Shown: positions 10,830-20,998, counted from the stretch's first letter. The stretch is 64,000 bases of DNA from an uncultured delta proteobacterium (GCA_963815115.1 CAWFFN010000009.1:1696001-1760000); one strand, 5' to 3'. A program made the numbers and translations. The notes: a model not told the origin generated them from the letters alone.

Positions 10830-10858
10830 AGTATAGAGAGGCGTCTCGGAGCGATCAA
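10830..10858 (-). promoter_or_regulatory. Sigma70-type promoter for the 79-aa gene
   Basis: TTGATC-17 nt-TATACT ending 9 nt before the ATG at 10820. Confidence 0.55.
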
Positions 10859-12359
10859 CGCAATCGCAGGTCTGCTGCTCGCGGCCGTTCCCGCCAGCGC
10901 TTCGCCCCTGCCGCCGTGGCTCCAGGTGAACGGGCGGCTCTACGGCCTCGCCATCGTCGACACCGGCGGCGGGCCGCGGCAGCGGCCCGAGGCGATCGGG
11001 TCCCTCGAGATCCAGGCGGCCCCCAGCCGCATGCTGCGCGGGTTGCTCGAGCTGCGCAGCCGGGTGGGCGGCCCCTTCGAAGGTGGTCCGGGACCGGGCC
11101 TCTACAACTTCGGCCACACCTTCCAGAACAACTCGCCGTCGCTCGAGGTGCGCCAGGCGTTCCTGGAATGGCGCGGCGGCCCCGCCGAGGTGCGCGCGGG
11201 AATCCAGACGGTCGCCTGGGGGAAGCTCGACGGGAGGCCCCCCACCGACGTCGTCAACCCGCGCGACTGGCACGATCCGCTGGTCGTGGACGAGTTCTTC
11301 GAGGAGCAGAAGATCGGCATCCCCGCGCTCCTCGGCACCTACTACCTGCCCGACGTCCCGCGCTTCGATCTGGGCGGATTGCGACTCGCGCTCGGGTGGC
11401 TGCCGTTTGCCGTCCCGCCGCGCCTGCCGCTCATCCTCGAGCGCTGGTTCCCGAGCGCGTTCGACGTTCCGTCCCGGCTGTGCGTCCCGTCGGCCGGCCT
11501 TCCGCCGGGGATCATGGCGGTCCAGGGGCGGTGCGGGCCGAACCAGCTGCGGGTGCTGAGCGACTTCGGCACCGCCAACCACCAGCCGCCGCGCACGTTC
11601 GAGGCGGGTGGCGTCGCGGCCCGGGTGAGCGGCACGTGGCACGGAGCCGACCTCGACCTCTACCACTACACCGGGCCCGAGACCGCGCCGGACGTCGCGC
11701 TCGATGCCGTGGTGTCGAGCCCGACGCTCGACCCCGTGGATGTCCGGGCGGCGGCCGCGCTCCGGCAGGAGCATCACGTCATGCACATGACCGGCGCCGA
11801 CGTGGCCCTCGCGCTCGGCGACGTCACCGTGCGCGCCGAGACGGCGTGGTTCGTGAACCACTCCTACCTGCGCTCGGTGGCGGACGTCATCGCTCCGCTC
11901 ACGGGACCCGCGGCGAAACCCATCGTCCAGCGCCTCGCGACGCAGATCGCGAACGGGAAGTCCCCCCGCGTTCCGCTGGGGCCGCTGTTCCCCGAGCTCG
12001 ACTCGGTCGAGTGGGGCATCGGCGCCGATACGCTGTGGCGCGGGTTGCAGCCCCTGCTCCAGCTGAACCAGATCGTCATCCTGGGAAGCGCGCCCCGGCT
12101 CCTCATCGCCGATCCCGAGACGCAGCTGTCGGGCACGCTCCGCCGCCGCTTCGCGGACGATCGGGTCGAGGTGGAGGTCCGGGGGCTGTGGGAGCTCGAG
12201 CGCGGCGCGGTCTATCTCTTCCCGCGCGTGTCCTATCTCGTGCGCGAGGGGTTGTGGCTGCGCGCCGGCTACCTCGTGGTCACGGGGACGCGCAACTCCC
12301 TGCTCGGCCAGTTCCGTGATAACGACGAGGTGGTCTTCCAGGCCCGCATGACCTTCTGA
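10833..12359 (+). CDS. Putative outer-membrane beta-barrel protein (DUF1302-like); start uncertain
   Basis: Signal-like LLLAAVPASA, GIQTVAWGKLDG...DVVNPRD, alternating beta-strand pattern and C-terminal Phe. There is no ATG/GTG before the signal-like segment. Confidence 0.65.
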   Translation: MERRLGAINAIAGLLLAAVPASASPLPPWLQVNGRLYGLAIVDTGGGPRQRPEAIGSLEIQAAPSRMLRGLLELRSRVGGPFEGGPGPGLYNFGHTFQNNSPSLEVRQAFLEWRGGPAEVRAGIQTVAWGKLDGRPPTDVVNPRDWHDPLVVDEFFEEQKIGIPALLGTYYLPDVPRFDLGGLRLALGWLPFAVPPRLPLILERWFPSAFDVPSRLCVPSAGLPPGIMAVQGRCGPNQLRVLSDFGTANHQPPRTFEAGGVAARVSGTWHGADLDLYHYTGPETAPDVALDAVVSSPTLDPVDVRAAAALRQEHHVMHMTGADVALALGDVTVRAETAWFVNHSYLRSVADVIAPLTGPAAKPIVQRLATQIANGKSPRVPLGPLFPELDSVEWGIGADTLWRGLQPLLQLNQIVILGSAPRLLIADPETQLSGTLRRRFADDRVEVEVRGLWELERGAVYLFPRVSYLVREGLWLRAGYLVVTGTRNSLLGQFRDNDEVVFQARMTF

Positions 12360-12640
12360 TGCCCGTGCATCCCGACGTCGTCCCCATCGTCCTGTGCGTC
12401 CCGCGGCACGAGGTCGCCTACGTCAAGTTCGTCTTCGAGTCGTACGAGGGCGTCGCCGTGACCCGCACTCTCGACCGCCACGCCGCGCACGTCGTGGTGC
12501 TGGTCGCGCCCGACTTCGCCGCCGATGCCCGGCGGGTGATCGAGGCGCTGCACGCGGAGGGCGTCTGCGAGGAGATCGAGCCGCCCGCCGGCTTCGGAGG
12601 GGACTGGCTGGGACCCGAGCCCGACGACGGATCGTCGTGA
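12359..12640 (+). CDS. DUF4911 family protein
   Basis: EVAYVKFVFESYEGVAVTRTLD pattern, coupled to the upstream stop (TGATG). Confidence 0.75.
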   Translation: MPVHPDVVPIVLCVPRHEVAYVKFVFESYEGVAVTRTLDRHAAHVVVLVAPDFAADARRVIEALHAEGVCEEIEPPAGFGGDWLGPEPDDGSS

Positions 12641-12658
12641 GCGGGTCGCGGCGCGCGG

Positions 12659-13438
12659 TCAGGCTGCGGGCGCCTCGTCCTCGGGCTCGGAGGTCTCCGC
12701 GCCCGCCGCCGGGCGGGCGACCAGGTACGCGATCCCGATGCTCAGCGCGTAGAGCAGGAGCAGCGGCGTCGCCATCAGGAGCTGCGAGGCCACGTCCGGA
12801 CCCGGCGTCAGCACCGCCGCGACGATGAAGATGACGACGATGGCATAGCGCGCGGCCCCGATCATCATCTTGTGGGTGACGAGCCCGATGCGGGCGAGGA
12901 AGAACGTCACCACCGGCAGCTCGAAGGTCACGCCGAAGGCGAGCAGCATGCGCGAGGTGAAGGTGAGGTATTCGCTGACGCGGATCTGCGGGGAGATGCC
13001 GATCGAGGTGAACTCCTCCAGGAAGAAGTGGAAGGCGACCGGGAAGACGGCGTAGTAGCAGAAGGCGGCGCCCGCGATGAAGAAGAACGAGGCGGCGAGC
13101 GAGAAGGGCAGGGCGACGCGGCGCTCGCGCTCGTAGAGTCCGGGGGCGACGAACTGCCAGGCCTGGTAGAAGACCGCGGGGCTGGCCACGAAGACGCCGG
13201 CGACCGCGGATACCTTCAGCTTGGTGAAGAACGCGTCGGTGACGCCGGTGCCGATGACGAGCGCCTGCTCCGGCCGGATCGCCTGCAGGGGACGGATGAG
13301 AAACGCCACCAGAGGCTCGGCGAAGCCGTAGCAGGCGGCGAAGCCGACCGCGACGGCGAGCAGGCCGCGTATGAGCCGCGTGCGCAGCTCGTCCAGATGC
13401 GCGGTGAGCGGCATCCGCACATCGGCCTCGGCTCCCAT
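12659..13438 (-). CDS. tatC: Twin-arginine translocase subunit TatC
   Basis: MPLTAHLDELRTRL, FVAPGLYERE, FGVTFELP and AAVLTPGPD motifs. Confidence 0.95.
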   Translation of the reverse strand: MGAEADVRMPLTAHLDELRTRLIRGLLAVAVGFAACYGFAEPLVAFLIRPLQAIRPEQALVIGTGVTDAFFTKLKVSAVAGVFVASPAVFYQAWQFVAPGLYERERRVALPFSLAASFFFIAGAAFCYYAVFPVAFHFFLEEFTSIGISPQIRVSEYLTFTSRMLLAFGVTFELPVVTFFLARIGLVTHKMMIGAARYAIVVIFIVAAVLTPGPDVASQLLMATPLLLLYALSIGIAYLVARPAAGAETSEPEDEAPAA

Positions 13439-13459
13439 GGCGTGGACGGAGGGAGCGGC

Positions 13460-13756
13460 TCAGGCGCGGCCGCTCGGCTCGCGGGGCGCTGCCGGGCCCT
13501 CGGGCGTCGCTGCGGTCGCCGGATCGTTCGGGACCGTCGCGGGCGGCGGCGCGGACTTGGTGCGCACGCGACGCTCGGTATCCTCGTCGAGCCGGACCTG
13601 GGCCTGGAACTCGTCCATGATCTCGCTCGACTGGCGGCGGAACTCGGCCATCGCCTTGCCGAGCGTGCGGGCCACCTCCGGGAGGCGCTTCGGCCCGAGC
13701 ACGATCAGCGCGATCACGAGAATCACGACCAGCTCGGGCATGCCGACGCCGAACAT
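13460..13756 (-). CDS. tatB: Twin-arginine translocase TatA/TatB family subunit (TatB-like)
   Basis: MFGVGMPELVVILVIALIVLGPKRLPEVAR, located directly upstream of tatC. Confidence 0.85.
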   Translation of the reverse strand: MFGVGMPELVVILVIALIVLGPKRLPEVARTLGKAMAEFRRQSSEIMDEFQAQVRLDEDTERRVRTKSAPPPATVPNDPATAATPEGPAAPREPSGRA

Positions 13757-13763
13757 CGAGCCG

Positions 13764-13792
13764 AGCGTAGGTCAAGGACCAGAGGGTGTCAA
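13764..13792 (-). promoter_or_regulatory. Sigma70 promoter for tatB-tatC, probably giving a leaderless mRNA
   Basis: TTGACA (13792-13787), 17 nt spacer, TACGCT (13769-13764), then 7 nt to the ATG. No SD sequence. Confidence 0.65.
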
Positions 13793-13836
13793 TTTGACGG
13801 TGTGCGGGATTCGCGAGCGTCTGGTAGAACTCCGTC

Positions 13837-14862
13837 ATGGCGGGAGGCACGGGTCTCGTCCTCGACGAGCGCATGCTCGCGCACGACCCCGGCCGCGGAC
13901 ACCCCGAGCGTCCCGACCGCTTGCGCGCGCTGCGCCACCATCTCGGCGCGGCGCCGTCGTTGGTGCACATCGGCGCCCGGCCGGCCTCCGAGGACGAGCT
14001 CCTCCTGGTGCACACCCCGTCGCTGGTCGAGCAGATCGCCGCCACTGCCGGTCGGCAGTGCGTGGTGCTCGATCCCGATACGCGCACCTCGCCCGGCTCC
14101 TGGGACGCCGCGCGGCTGGCCGCCGGCGGCCTGATCGACCTGTGCGAGGCGGTCCGCGCCGGCCAGGTCCAGAACGGGATCGCGCTGGTCCGCCCTCCCG
14201 GTCATCACGCCGAGCGTGAGCGCGCGATGGGGTTCTGCCTGTTCAACAACGTCGCGATCGCGGCGGCGCATCTGCGCTCGCGCGGCGTGCGCCGCGTCGC
14301 CATCGTCGACTGGGACCTCCACCACGGCAACGGCACGCAGCACGTCTTCGAGCGTGATCCCGACGTGCTGTACGTCTCGACGCATCAGTATCCCTTCTAT
14401 CCGGGGACCGGCGCGGTCGACGAGGTGGGCGAGGGAGCGGGGGCCGGGCGTACGCTCAACCTGCCGTTCCCGGCGGGCTTCGGCGATCACGAGTTCGCGC
14501 GCGCGTTCGACGAGGTGATCGTGCCCGTCTGCCGCCAGTTCGCCCCCGAGTTCGTGCTCGTCTCGGCGGGATTCGACTGCGACCTGCGCGACCCGCTCGG
14601 CGGCCTGTCGGTGACGCCGGCGGGCGTGGCTGCCATGGCCCAGGCCTGCATCGAGCTGGCGGAGGAGTGCGCGAGCGGCCGGCTCGTGGCGGTGCTCGAG
14701 GGCGGCTACGATCTCGAGGCGATCTGCGACGGCGTCGACGTCGTGCTCGCGACCCTGCGGGGCGGCCGTGGCGAGCCAAGCCTCGTCACCGGCGATGCTC
14801 GCCGGATCGATCCCCTGATCGAACGGGTGCGGGTCGCCCAGGCGGCCTACTGGCGGCTGTGA
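13837..14862 (+). CDS. Histone deacetylase family protein (class II-like)
   Basis: HPERPDR, RPPGHHA, GFCLFNN, DWDLHHGNGTQ, SAGFD and LEGGY motifs. Confidence 0.93.
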   Translation: MAGGTGLVLDERMLAHDPGRGHPERPDRLRALRHHLGAAPSLVHIGARPASEDELLLVHTPSLVEQIAATAGRQCVVLDPDTRTSPGSWDAARLAAGGLIDLCEAVRAGQVQNGIALVRPPGHHAERERAMGFCLFNNVAIAAAHLRSRGVRRVAIVDWDLHHGNGTQHVFERDPDVLYVSTHQYPFYPGTGAVDEVGEGAGAGRTLNLPFPAGFGDHEFARAFDEVIVPVCRQFAPEFVLVSAGFDCDLRDPLGGLSVTPAGVAAMAQACIELAEECASGRLVAVLEGGYDLEAICDGVDVVLATLRGGRGEPSLVTGDARRIDPLIERVRVAQAAYWRL

Positions 14863-14895
14863 CGCCGGTAGCCGCGCCGGCCGGTGCGCGCGACC

Positions 14896-17250
14896 TCAGA
14901 AGCCGCTCTGGTCGTCGCCGTGACGCCCGCGCGGAGCGTCCAGCTCGTCCGGCGAGATCTCCTTATCGGTGCCCCCCTCCTGCCGATCGGCCCGAGCGGC
15001 GCGCCGGGCAATGCGCCGCAGGTGCCGGGTGCGCGGCTTCGCGCCGACGTCGTCGTCCGCGGAATCGACGCGCGAGGCGCTCGCGACGTGCACTCCGCTC
15101 GGAACCGGGAACCGTACCACCGGCCTGCCGTCCAGCGCCTTCCGCATGAAGCTGGCCCAGATGGGTGCGGCGGCATGGCCGCCCGTGGCCCACGAGCCGA
15201 GCGAGCGCTCGGAGTCGTAGCCCACCCACACCCCGGCCAGGAGGTCTGGCGTGAAGCCGATGAACCAGGCATCGCGCGTGTCGTTCGTGGTCCCAGTCTT
15301 GCCTGCGGCCGGGCGGCCGATGTTGGCGTGGCCCGCCGCCGTGCCGTGCTCCACGACGGCCTGGAGCATCGTCGTGAGCTGGTAGGCCTTCTCGGCGTCG
15401 AGGATACGCTCGAAGTGCGGTCGTGTCCCATCGAAGTCGAGCGGATGCCCGTCGCGGTCCGTGACGTTGGTGATGAAGGTGGTGTCGAAGCGCTTCCCGA
15501 GCGTCGGGAAGATGCCATAGGCGCGGACGAGCTCGAGGGGAGTGACCTCGACGGCCCCCAGCGCGATGGCCAGGTGGCGCGGGAAGGGACGGACGAAGCC
15601 GAAGCGGCCGAGGAAGTCGCGCGTGTAGTCGAGCCCGATGCCGTGGACCAGCCGCACCGAGACCGTGTTGAGCGAGAACATGAGCGCCGTGCGCAGCTGG
15701 ACCGGCCCGTTGTAGTGTCCCCCGAAGTTCTTCGGCGACCAGCGCTTGCCGCCCGGGCCGCCCGGGAACGAGATCGGCGCGTCGAGGACCACCGACGACG
15801 GCCCGTAGCCGCGATTGAACGCGGCCGCGTAGATGAGCGGCTTGATCGCAGAGCCCGGCTGGCGCCGTGCCTGGGTCACGCGATTGAACTGGCTGCGCTC
15901 GAAGGAATACCCGCCCACGATTGCCTTCACCTGTCCGGTGTACGGATCGATCGCGACGAGGGCGCCCTCCAGCTGGGGATCCTGGTCGAGGGCGAAGCGG
16001 ATCGTGTTGTTGTCGCCGGTCTCCCGCCCGGTCACCGTGACGACGTCGCCGGGACGGAACGCGGAGGGCAGGAGATGACGCTGGCCGATCTGCAATGCCT
16101 TGGCCGGGACTTCGGCCGTCTCCCAGCCGGTGCGCACCTTGAGCCCGTTCTTACCCACCTCGGTCACGACCGCGTTGCGGTGGCTCGCGTCGGCGGACCC
16201 GACCTCGGCTTCGCGCTTGAGGAAGGCGTCGACCTTGTGAGGGGAGACGCGCCGCAGGCTCCCGCGAAAGCCCTGCTGCCGATCGAGGTTCCGCACGCCC
16301 TGCTTGAGCGCGTCCTCGGCGAGCTGCTGCATCTGGAGATCGACGGCCGTGGTGACGCGCAACCCGAGCTGCGCGGCCGCGGTCCCGCCGTAGTGCTCCT
16401 CGAGCAGCCGGCGCACGTGCTCCACGTACCACGGCGCGGCGGTGTAGGTGGTCGCCGCCGCGCGATGCGCCGGCTGGATGTCGATCTCCTCGGCGAGCGC
16501 CTCCTGGTACTCCTCGTCGGTGATGAACTTCTCGATCCGCATGCGCCCCAGCACGTAGTGCTGGCGCGCGCGCGCCGCCTTCAGGCGGCGCTGCGGATCG
16601 TACTCCGTCGGGCGCTGGGGCAGGCCCGCCAGGAGCGCGGCCTGGGCGATGGTGAGGTCCTCGACGTCGACGTCGAAGAACGTGCGCGCCGCCGCCTGCA
16701 CGCCGTACGCGCCGGCGCCGAAGTAGATCTGATTCAGGTAGAGGTAGAGGATGTCGTCCTTGCTGAGCTTGTTCTCGAGGCGCAGCGAGAGGATGACCTC
16801 CTTCAGCTTGCGCTCGTAGCGACGCTCGGGGGTCAGCAGCAGCGTCTTCACGACCTGCTGCGTGATCGTGCTGCCGCCCTGCACCACGCGCTTGTTGGCC
16901 AGGTTCATGATGAAGGCGCGGGCGATGCCGAAGGGATCGACGCCAGGATGGCGATAGAAGTCGGCGTCCTCGGCGGCCAGGAAGGCCTGGCGCACGTGGT
17001 TCGGGACGTGGTCCAGCGGGACCATGTAGCGGCGCTCGACGTAGAACTCGCCGAGCATGGTGCCGTCTTCCGCGAAGACCTGCGTGGTGGTGGGCGGCTG
17101 GTAGCTGAGGAGCTGATCGACGGGCGGCAGGTCCTGGGTGATCTCGCGATACACCACGTACCCGACCGCTCCCACCGCCACCACACCGGCCACCAGGAGG
17201 GTGCCGACGACGCGCCGGAGCCTTCGCGCCCACCCGGATTTCTTCGCCAT
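14896..17250 (-). CDS. mrcA: Class A penicillin-binding protein PBP1A
   Basis: N-terminal TM helix, EDADFYRHPG, GGSTITQQ, RKLKE, SAIK (SxxK), SLN and KTGT motifs. Confidence 0.93.
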   Translation of the reverse strand: MAKKSGWARRLRRVVGTLLVAGVVAVGAVGYVVYREITQDLPPVDQLLSYQPPTTTQVFAEDGTMLGEFYVERRYMVPLDHVPNHVRQAFLAAEDADFYRHPGVDPFGIARAFIMNLANKRVVQGGSTITQQVVKTLLLTPERRYERKLKEVILSLRLENKLSKDDILYLYLNQIYFGAGAYGVQAAARTFFDVDVEDLTIAQAALLAGLPQRPTEYDPQRRLKAARARQHYVLGRMRIEKFITDEEYQEALAEEIDIQPAHRAAATTYTAAPWYVEHVRRLLEEHYGGTAAAQLGLRVTTAVDLQMQQLAEDALKQGVRNLDRQQGFRGSLRRVSPHKVDAFLKREAEVGSADASHRNAVVTEVGKNGLKVRTGWETAEVPAKALQIGQRHLLPSAFRPGDVVTVTGRETGDNNTIRFALDQDPQLEGALVAIDPYTGQVKAIVGGYSFERSQFNRVTQARRQPGSAIKPLIYAAAFNRGYGPSSVVLDAPISFPGGPGGKRWSPKNFGGHYNGPVQLRTALMFSLNTVSVRLVHGIGLDYTRDFLGRFGFVRPFPRHLAIALGAVEVTPLELVRAYGIFPTLGKRFDTTFITNVTDRDGHPLDFDGTRPHFERILDAEKAYQLTTMLQAVVEHGTAAGHANIGRPAAGKTGTTNDTRDAWFIGFTPDLLAGVWVGYDSERSLGSWATGGHAAAPIWASFMRKALDGRPVVRFPVPSGVHVASASRVDSADDDVGAKPRTRHLRRIARRAARADRQEGGTDKEISPDELDAPRGRHGDDQSGF

Positions 17251-17261
17251 GAAGCGGCGTG

Positions 17262-17290
17262 AGGGTACCGAGCCGGGACCCGTCGAGCAA
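17262..17290 (-). promoter_or_regulatory. Putative sigma70 promoter for PBP1A
   Basis: TTGCTC-17 nt-TACCCT ending 11 nt before the ATG. Confidence 0.4.
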
Positions 17291-17355
17291 GCGAGGCGGT
17301 CGACAGGCAGCGTTCGAACCTATAGGGGCTCCCGATTCGTGAGCTGGCCGGAACC

Positions 17356-18510
17356 ATGGTGAAGGTCGACTTCCTGGATCTGCGTGCCCAGGACGCCGAG
17401 GTGGGGGCCGCCGTCCGTGCCGCCGTGGCCGAGGTTCTCGCCGACCAGCGGCTCGTCCTCGGACCGCATCTCGAGCGCTTCGAGGCCGGGATGGCGGCGT
17501 ACACGGGCGTGCCACACGCGGTCGGCGTGGCCTCCGGGACCGATGCGCTTGCGCTCGGCCTGGCCGGGCTCGGGGTCGGACCGGGGACCCGTGTCCTCGC
17601 CCCCGCCTTCAGCTTCTTCGCCACCGCCAGCACGATCGTGCGGCTCGGCGCCCGGCCGGTCTTCGCCGACGTCGATCCGCGCACCCTCACCCTCGATCCG
17701 GACGCCGCGGCCGACGCGCTGGCCCGGGCCGACGGCCCGGTGGCGGGGATGGTGCCGGTCCACCTCTTCGGCCGTCTGGCGCCCATGCCGGCGCTCGAGG
17801 AGCTCGCGCGGCGGCACGGACTCTGGATCCTCGAGGATGCCGCGCAGGCGGTCGGCGCCCGGTCGGGCGATCGCCGCGCCGGCGCCTTCGGGCGCGCCGG
17901 CGTCCTCTCCTTCTATCCCACGAAGAACCTGGGAGGCATCGGCGACGGAGGGATGCTGCTCACCGCCGACGAGGCGCTCGCCGCGCGCGTCCGGCGCGAT
18001 CGCAATCAGGGCCAGGTCGCGCCCTACGTCCACGAGAGCGTCGGTCTGTGCTCGCGACTCGACGCCGTGCAGGCCGCGGCGCTCGATGCCAAGCTCCCGC
18101 ACCTCGACGCCTGGAACGAGCGCCGACGCACGGTTGCGACCTGGTACGCGGCCCACTGCCGGGCCCGGGGGCTCGCCGGCGTCGCCGGCGCGCCGCTGGT
18201 GCTCCCCGAGCCGGCCGGAGAGGCGCACGTGTTCCACGTCTACACCGTCCGGGCGCGGCACCGGGATGCGCTCGAGCGCCACCTCGCCGCCGACGGCATC
18301 GGGACGCAGGTGTACTATCGCGTGCCGCTGCACCGCCAGGCGCCGCTCGCCGCCTGCGCCGAGGCGCCGGCCGGGCTGCCGGAAACGGAGCGTGCGGCCG
18401 CGGAGGTCTTGGCGCTCCCGCTCTACCCGCAGCTCACCGAGCCGCAGGTGGTGCGCGTCGTCGACAGCATCGCGGCCTTCTATCGCGCCGGTGGTGCGGA
18501 TTGTGGCTAG
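17356..18510 (+). CDS. DegT/DnrJ/EryC1/StrS PLP-dependent aminotransferase
   Basis: VASGTDAL, PVHLFG, EDAAQA and SFYPTKNLG motifs. Confidence 0.93.
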   Translation: MVKVDFLDLRAQDAEVGAAVRAAVAEVLADQRLVLGPHLERFEAGMAAYTGVPHAVGVASGTDALALGLAGLGVGPGTRVLAPAFSFFATASTIVRLGARPVFADVDPRTLTLDPDAAADALARADGPVAGMVPVHLFGRLAPMPALEELARRHGLWILEDAAQAVGARSGDRRAGAFGRAGVLSFYPTKNLGGIGDGGMLLTADEALAARVRRDRNQGQVAPYVHESVGLCSRLDAVQAAALDAKLPHLDAWNERRRTVATWYAAHCRARGLAGVAGAPLVLPEPAGEAHVFHVYTVRARHRDALERHLAADGIGTQVYYRVPLHRQAPLAACAEAPAGLPETERAAAEVLALPLYPQLTEPQVVRVVDSIAAFYRAGGADCG

Positions 18511-18539
18511 CGGGGGCGCCGGCTAAGATCGCTCGCGCC

Positions 18540-20975
18540 ATGAAGGCCGAGACCCGCAAGCCCGCGGCGGGCGCCAAGCGCGATGCGCCGGTCGCGGAGG
18601 GCGAGGGTCGCAGTCACGGCTTCACGGTCCTCGAGGCGGTGACCGAGGCGAGCGAGCACTCGGAGGATCTCCAGGAGACCCTGCAGCACATCGTCGAGGT
18701 GATCGCCCGGCGAACCAGTACCGACGTGTGCTCCATCTATATCCTCGAGGCGCGCGTGCAGCGCCTCACCCTGCGCGCCAGCACGGGCCTCGTCCGCAGC
18801 GCCGTCGGCAAGGTCATGATGAGCGTGGGCGAGGGCCTCACCGGCATGGTCATCGAGAAGCTCGAGCCGGTGATGGCGGTGGACGCCATGTCGCACCCGC
18901 GCTTCAAGTTCTTCCCGGAAACGGGGGAGGAGCGCTACCACTCCTTCCTGGGCGTCCCGATCCTCGAGCGCGGCACGGCGCTCGGCGTGCTCGTCGTGCA
19001 GACGCTCCGGCGACGGAAGTTCTCGGGCGGCGAGGTCCGGCTCCTGCGTGCCATCGCGGCGCAGCTCGCGGGCGTGCTGGTGCAGGCGCGGCTGGTGGAG
19101 GATCTGCACAGCAAGGAGCAAGAGCGCCGCGAGTACAAGCGCCGCATGGTCGGCGCGATGAAGCGCCTGCACACGTACGAGAACCGGATCGAGGCCGAGA
19201 CACCGGCCCGGCGGAGGAACCGCGAGGGCCGGCTGAACGGCCTGCCGGCGGCGCCGGGCTTCGGGCGCGGCCGGGCGCACCTCCTGCAGCCGCCGGTCAG
19301 CTTCGCGGCGATCGAGGAACGCCGCACGGACGACGTCGCCGCCGAGCGCATGCGCTTCCAGCGTGCGCTGACGGAGTCGATCCGCGAGCTGGAGGCGCTC
19401 AAGGTCCGGTTGGCGCGACGGCTCCCCGAGTTCGACGGCGCCATCATCGACACGCACCGCATGATGCTCGAGGACCGCGGCTTCAGCGGCAAGGTCGAGG
19501 CCCACATCAAGGGCGGCCAGGTCGCCGAGGCGAGTCTCAAGCGCGTGGTGGACGAGTACGTCGCGCGCTTCGCGGAGATGCACGACGAGTACCTGAGCGA
19601 GCGCGCGGCCGACGTGAAGGACGTCGGCCTGCGCCTGCTGCGAAACCTGCTCGGCGTCGAGGAGGCGGAGCGCACGCTGGACCGCGACACCGTGCTCGTC
19701 GCCGAGGAGATCACCCTCTCCGACCTCGGCCTGATCGACCACGAGCACCTGAACGGCATCGTGCTGATGACCGGGGGGGTCACCTCGCACGCGTCCATTC
19801 TCGCCAAGTCGTTCGAGATCCCGACCGTGGTCGGGGCCCAGCCGATCGCCGCGGAAGAGGTGCACGAGGGCGACCAGCTGCTCGTCGACGGCAACTCCGG
19901 CGTGGTCTTCTTGAACCCCCCGACGGAGGTCGTACGCGAGTACGATCGACTCGATCGCGAGTATCGTGCCTTCAACCGCGAGCTCGAGCCGCTGCGGGGG
20001 CTGTCCGCCGAGACCACCGACGGCCGCCGCGTCAACCTCTATGCCAACATCGGCCTCATCGGCGACCTCGTCTTCGTCCACCGGCACGGAGCCGACGGCA
20101 TCGGGCTCTATCGCACCGAGTTCCCCTTCCTCACCTATCGCGACTTCCCGGACGAGGAGGAGCAGGTGTTGCTCTACGCCCGGGCGGTGCGCGGCATGGA
20201 GGGCAAGCCGGTCACCATCCGCACGCTCGACATCGGCGCCGACAAGTACCCCGCCTACCTGAACCTGGCGCGGGAGGAGAATCCGTTTCTCGGCTGGCGC
20301 TCGATCCGCATCTCGCTCGAGATGCCCGAGCTCTTCAAGACCCAGATCCGCGCCATCCTGCGCGTCGGCACGCTCGGGCGCGTACGCCTGCTCCTGCCGA
20401 TGATCTCCGGCCTGGAGGAGATCCGGCGCGCCAAGGAGCTCATCGAGGAGGCGAAGGGTGAGCTGCGCCGGCAAGGGCAGGACTTCGATCCCAGCGTGCC
20501 GATCGGCATGATGATCGAGGTCCCGTCGGCCGTGTCCCTCGCGTCACATCTCATCCGCGAGGTGGACTTCTTCTCCATCGGCACAAACGACCTGATCCAG
20601 TACCTGCTCGCCGTCGACCGCAACAACTCGCGGGTGGCAACGCTCTACGAGCCGCTGCATCCCGCCGTGCTGCAGGCGATCCACGACACGGTCCAGGCCG
20701 CGAAGGGAGCGGGCAAGTGGGTGGGCATGTGCGGCGAGATGGCGTCCGACCCGCTGTGCACCGTCGTGCTGCTCGGACTCGGGCTCGACGACCTGTCGAT
20801 GGGGCCCTTCTTCATCCCGGTGGTGAAGCGCATCATCCGCTCGGTGCCCTACGCCGCGGTCCGGGCCCTGGCGCGCGACGTGCTCGGGCTGTCCACCGTG
20901 AAGGAGGTCAAGGGATACCTCTTCGACGGAATGCGCAGCCTCGGCATCCTCGAGCTGATGGAGATGTACCACTGA
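18540..20975 (+). CDS. ptsP: Phosphoenolpyruvate-protein phosphotransferase with GAF domain (EI-Ntr)
   Basis: N-terminal GAF (FPETGEERYHSFLGVP), TSHASIL phospho-His, GLYRTEF, EENPFLGWR, FSIGTNDL and CGEMA motifs. Confidence 0.95.
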   Translation: MKAETRKPAAGAKRDAPVAEGEGRSHGFTVLEAVTEASEHSEDLQETLQHIVEVIARRTSTDVCSIYILEARVQRLTLRASTGLVRSAVGKVMMSVGEGLTGMVIEKLEPVMAVDAMSHPRFKFFPETGEERYHSFLGVPILERGTALGVLVVQTLRRRKFSGGEVRLLRAIAAQLAGVLVQARLVEDLHSKEQERREYKRRMVGAMKRLHTYENRIEAETPARRRNREGRLNGLPAAPGFGRGRAHLLQPPVSFAAIEERRTDDVAAERMRFQRALTESIRELEALKVRLARRLPEFDGAIIDTHRMMLEDRGFSGKVEAHIKGGQVAEASLKRVVDEYVARFAEMHDEYLSERAADVKDVGLRLLRNLLGVEEAERTLDRDTVLVAEEITLSDLGLIDHEHLNGIVLMTGGVTSHASILAKSFEIPTVVGAQPIAAEEVHEGDQLLVDGNSGVVFLNPPTEVVREYDRLDREYRAFNRELEPLRGLSAETTDGRRVNLYANIGLIGDLVFVHRHGADGIGLYRTEFPFLTYRDFPDEEEQVLLYARAVRGMEGKPVTIRTLDIGADKYPAYLNLAREENPFLGWRSIRISLEMPELFKTQIRAILRVGTLGRVRLLLPMISGLEEIRRAKELIEEAKGELRRQGQDFDPSVPIGMMIEVPSAVSLASHLIREVDFFSIGTNDLIQYLLAVDRNNSRVATLYEPLHPAVLQAIHDTVQAAKGAGKWVGMCGEMASDPLCTVVLLGLGLDDLSMGPFFIPVVKRIIRSVPYAAVRALARDVLGLSTVKEVKGYLFDGMRSLGILELMEMYH

Positions 20976-20998
20976 CCCCGCCGGGAGGAAGCGCGCAG

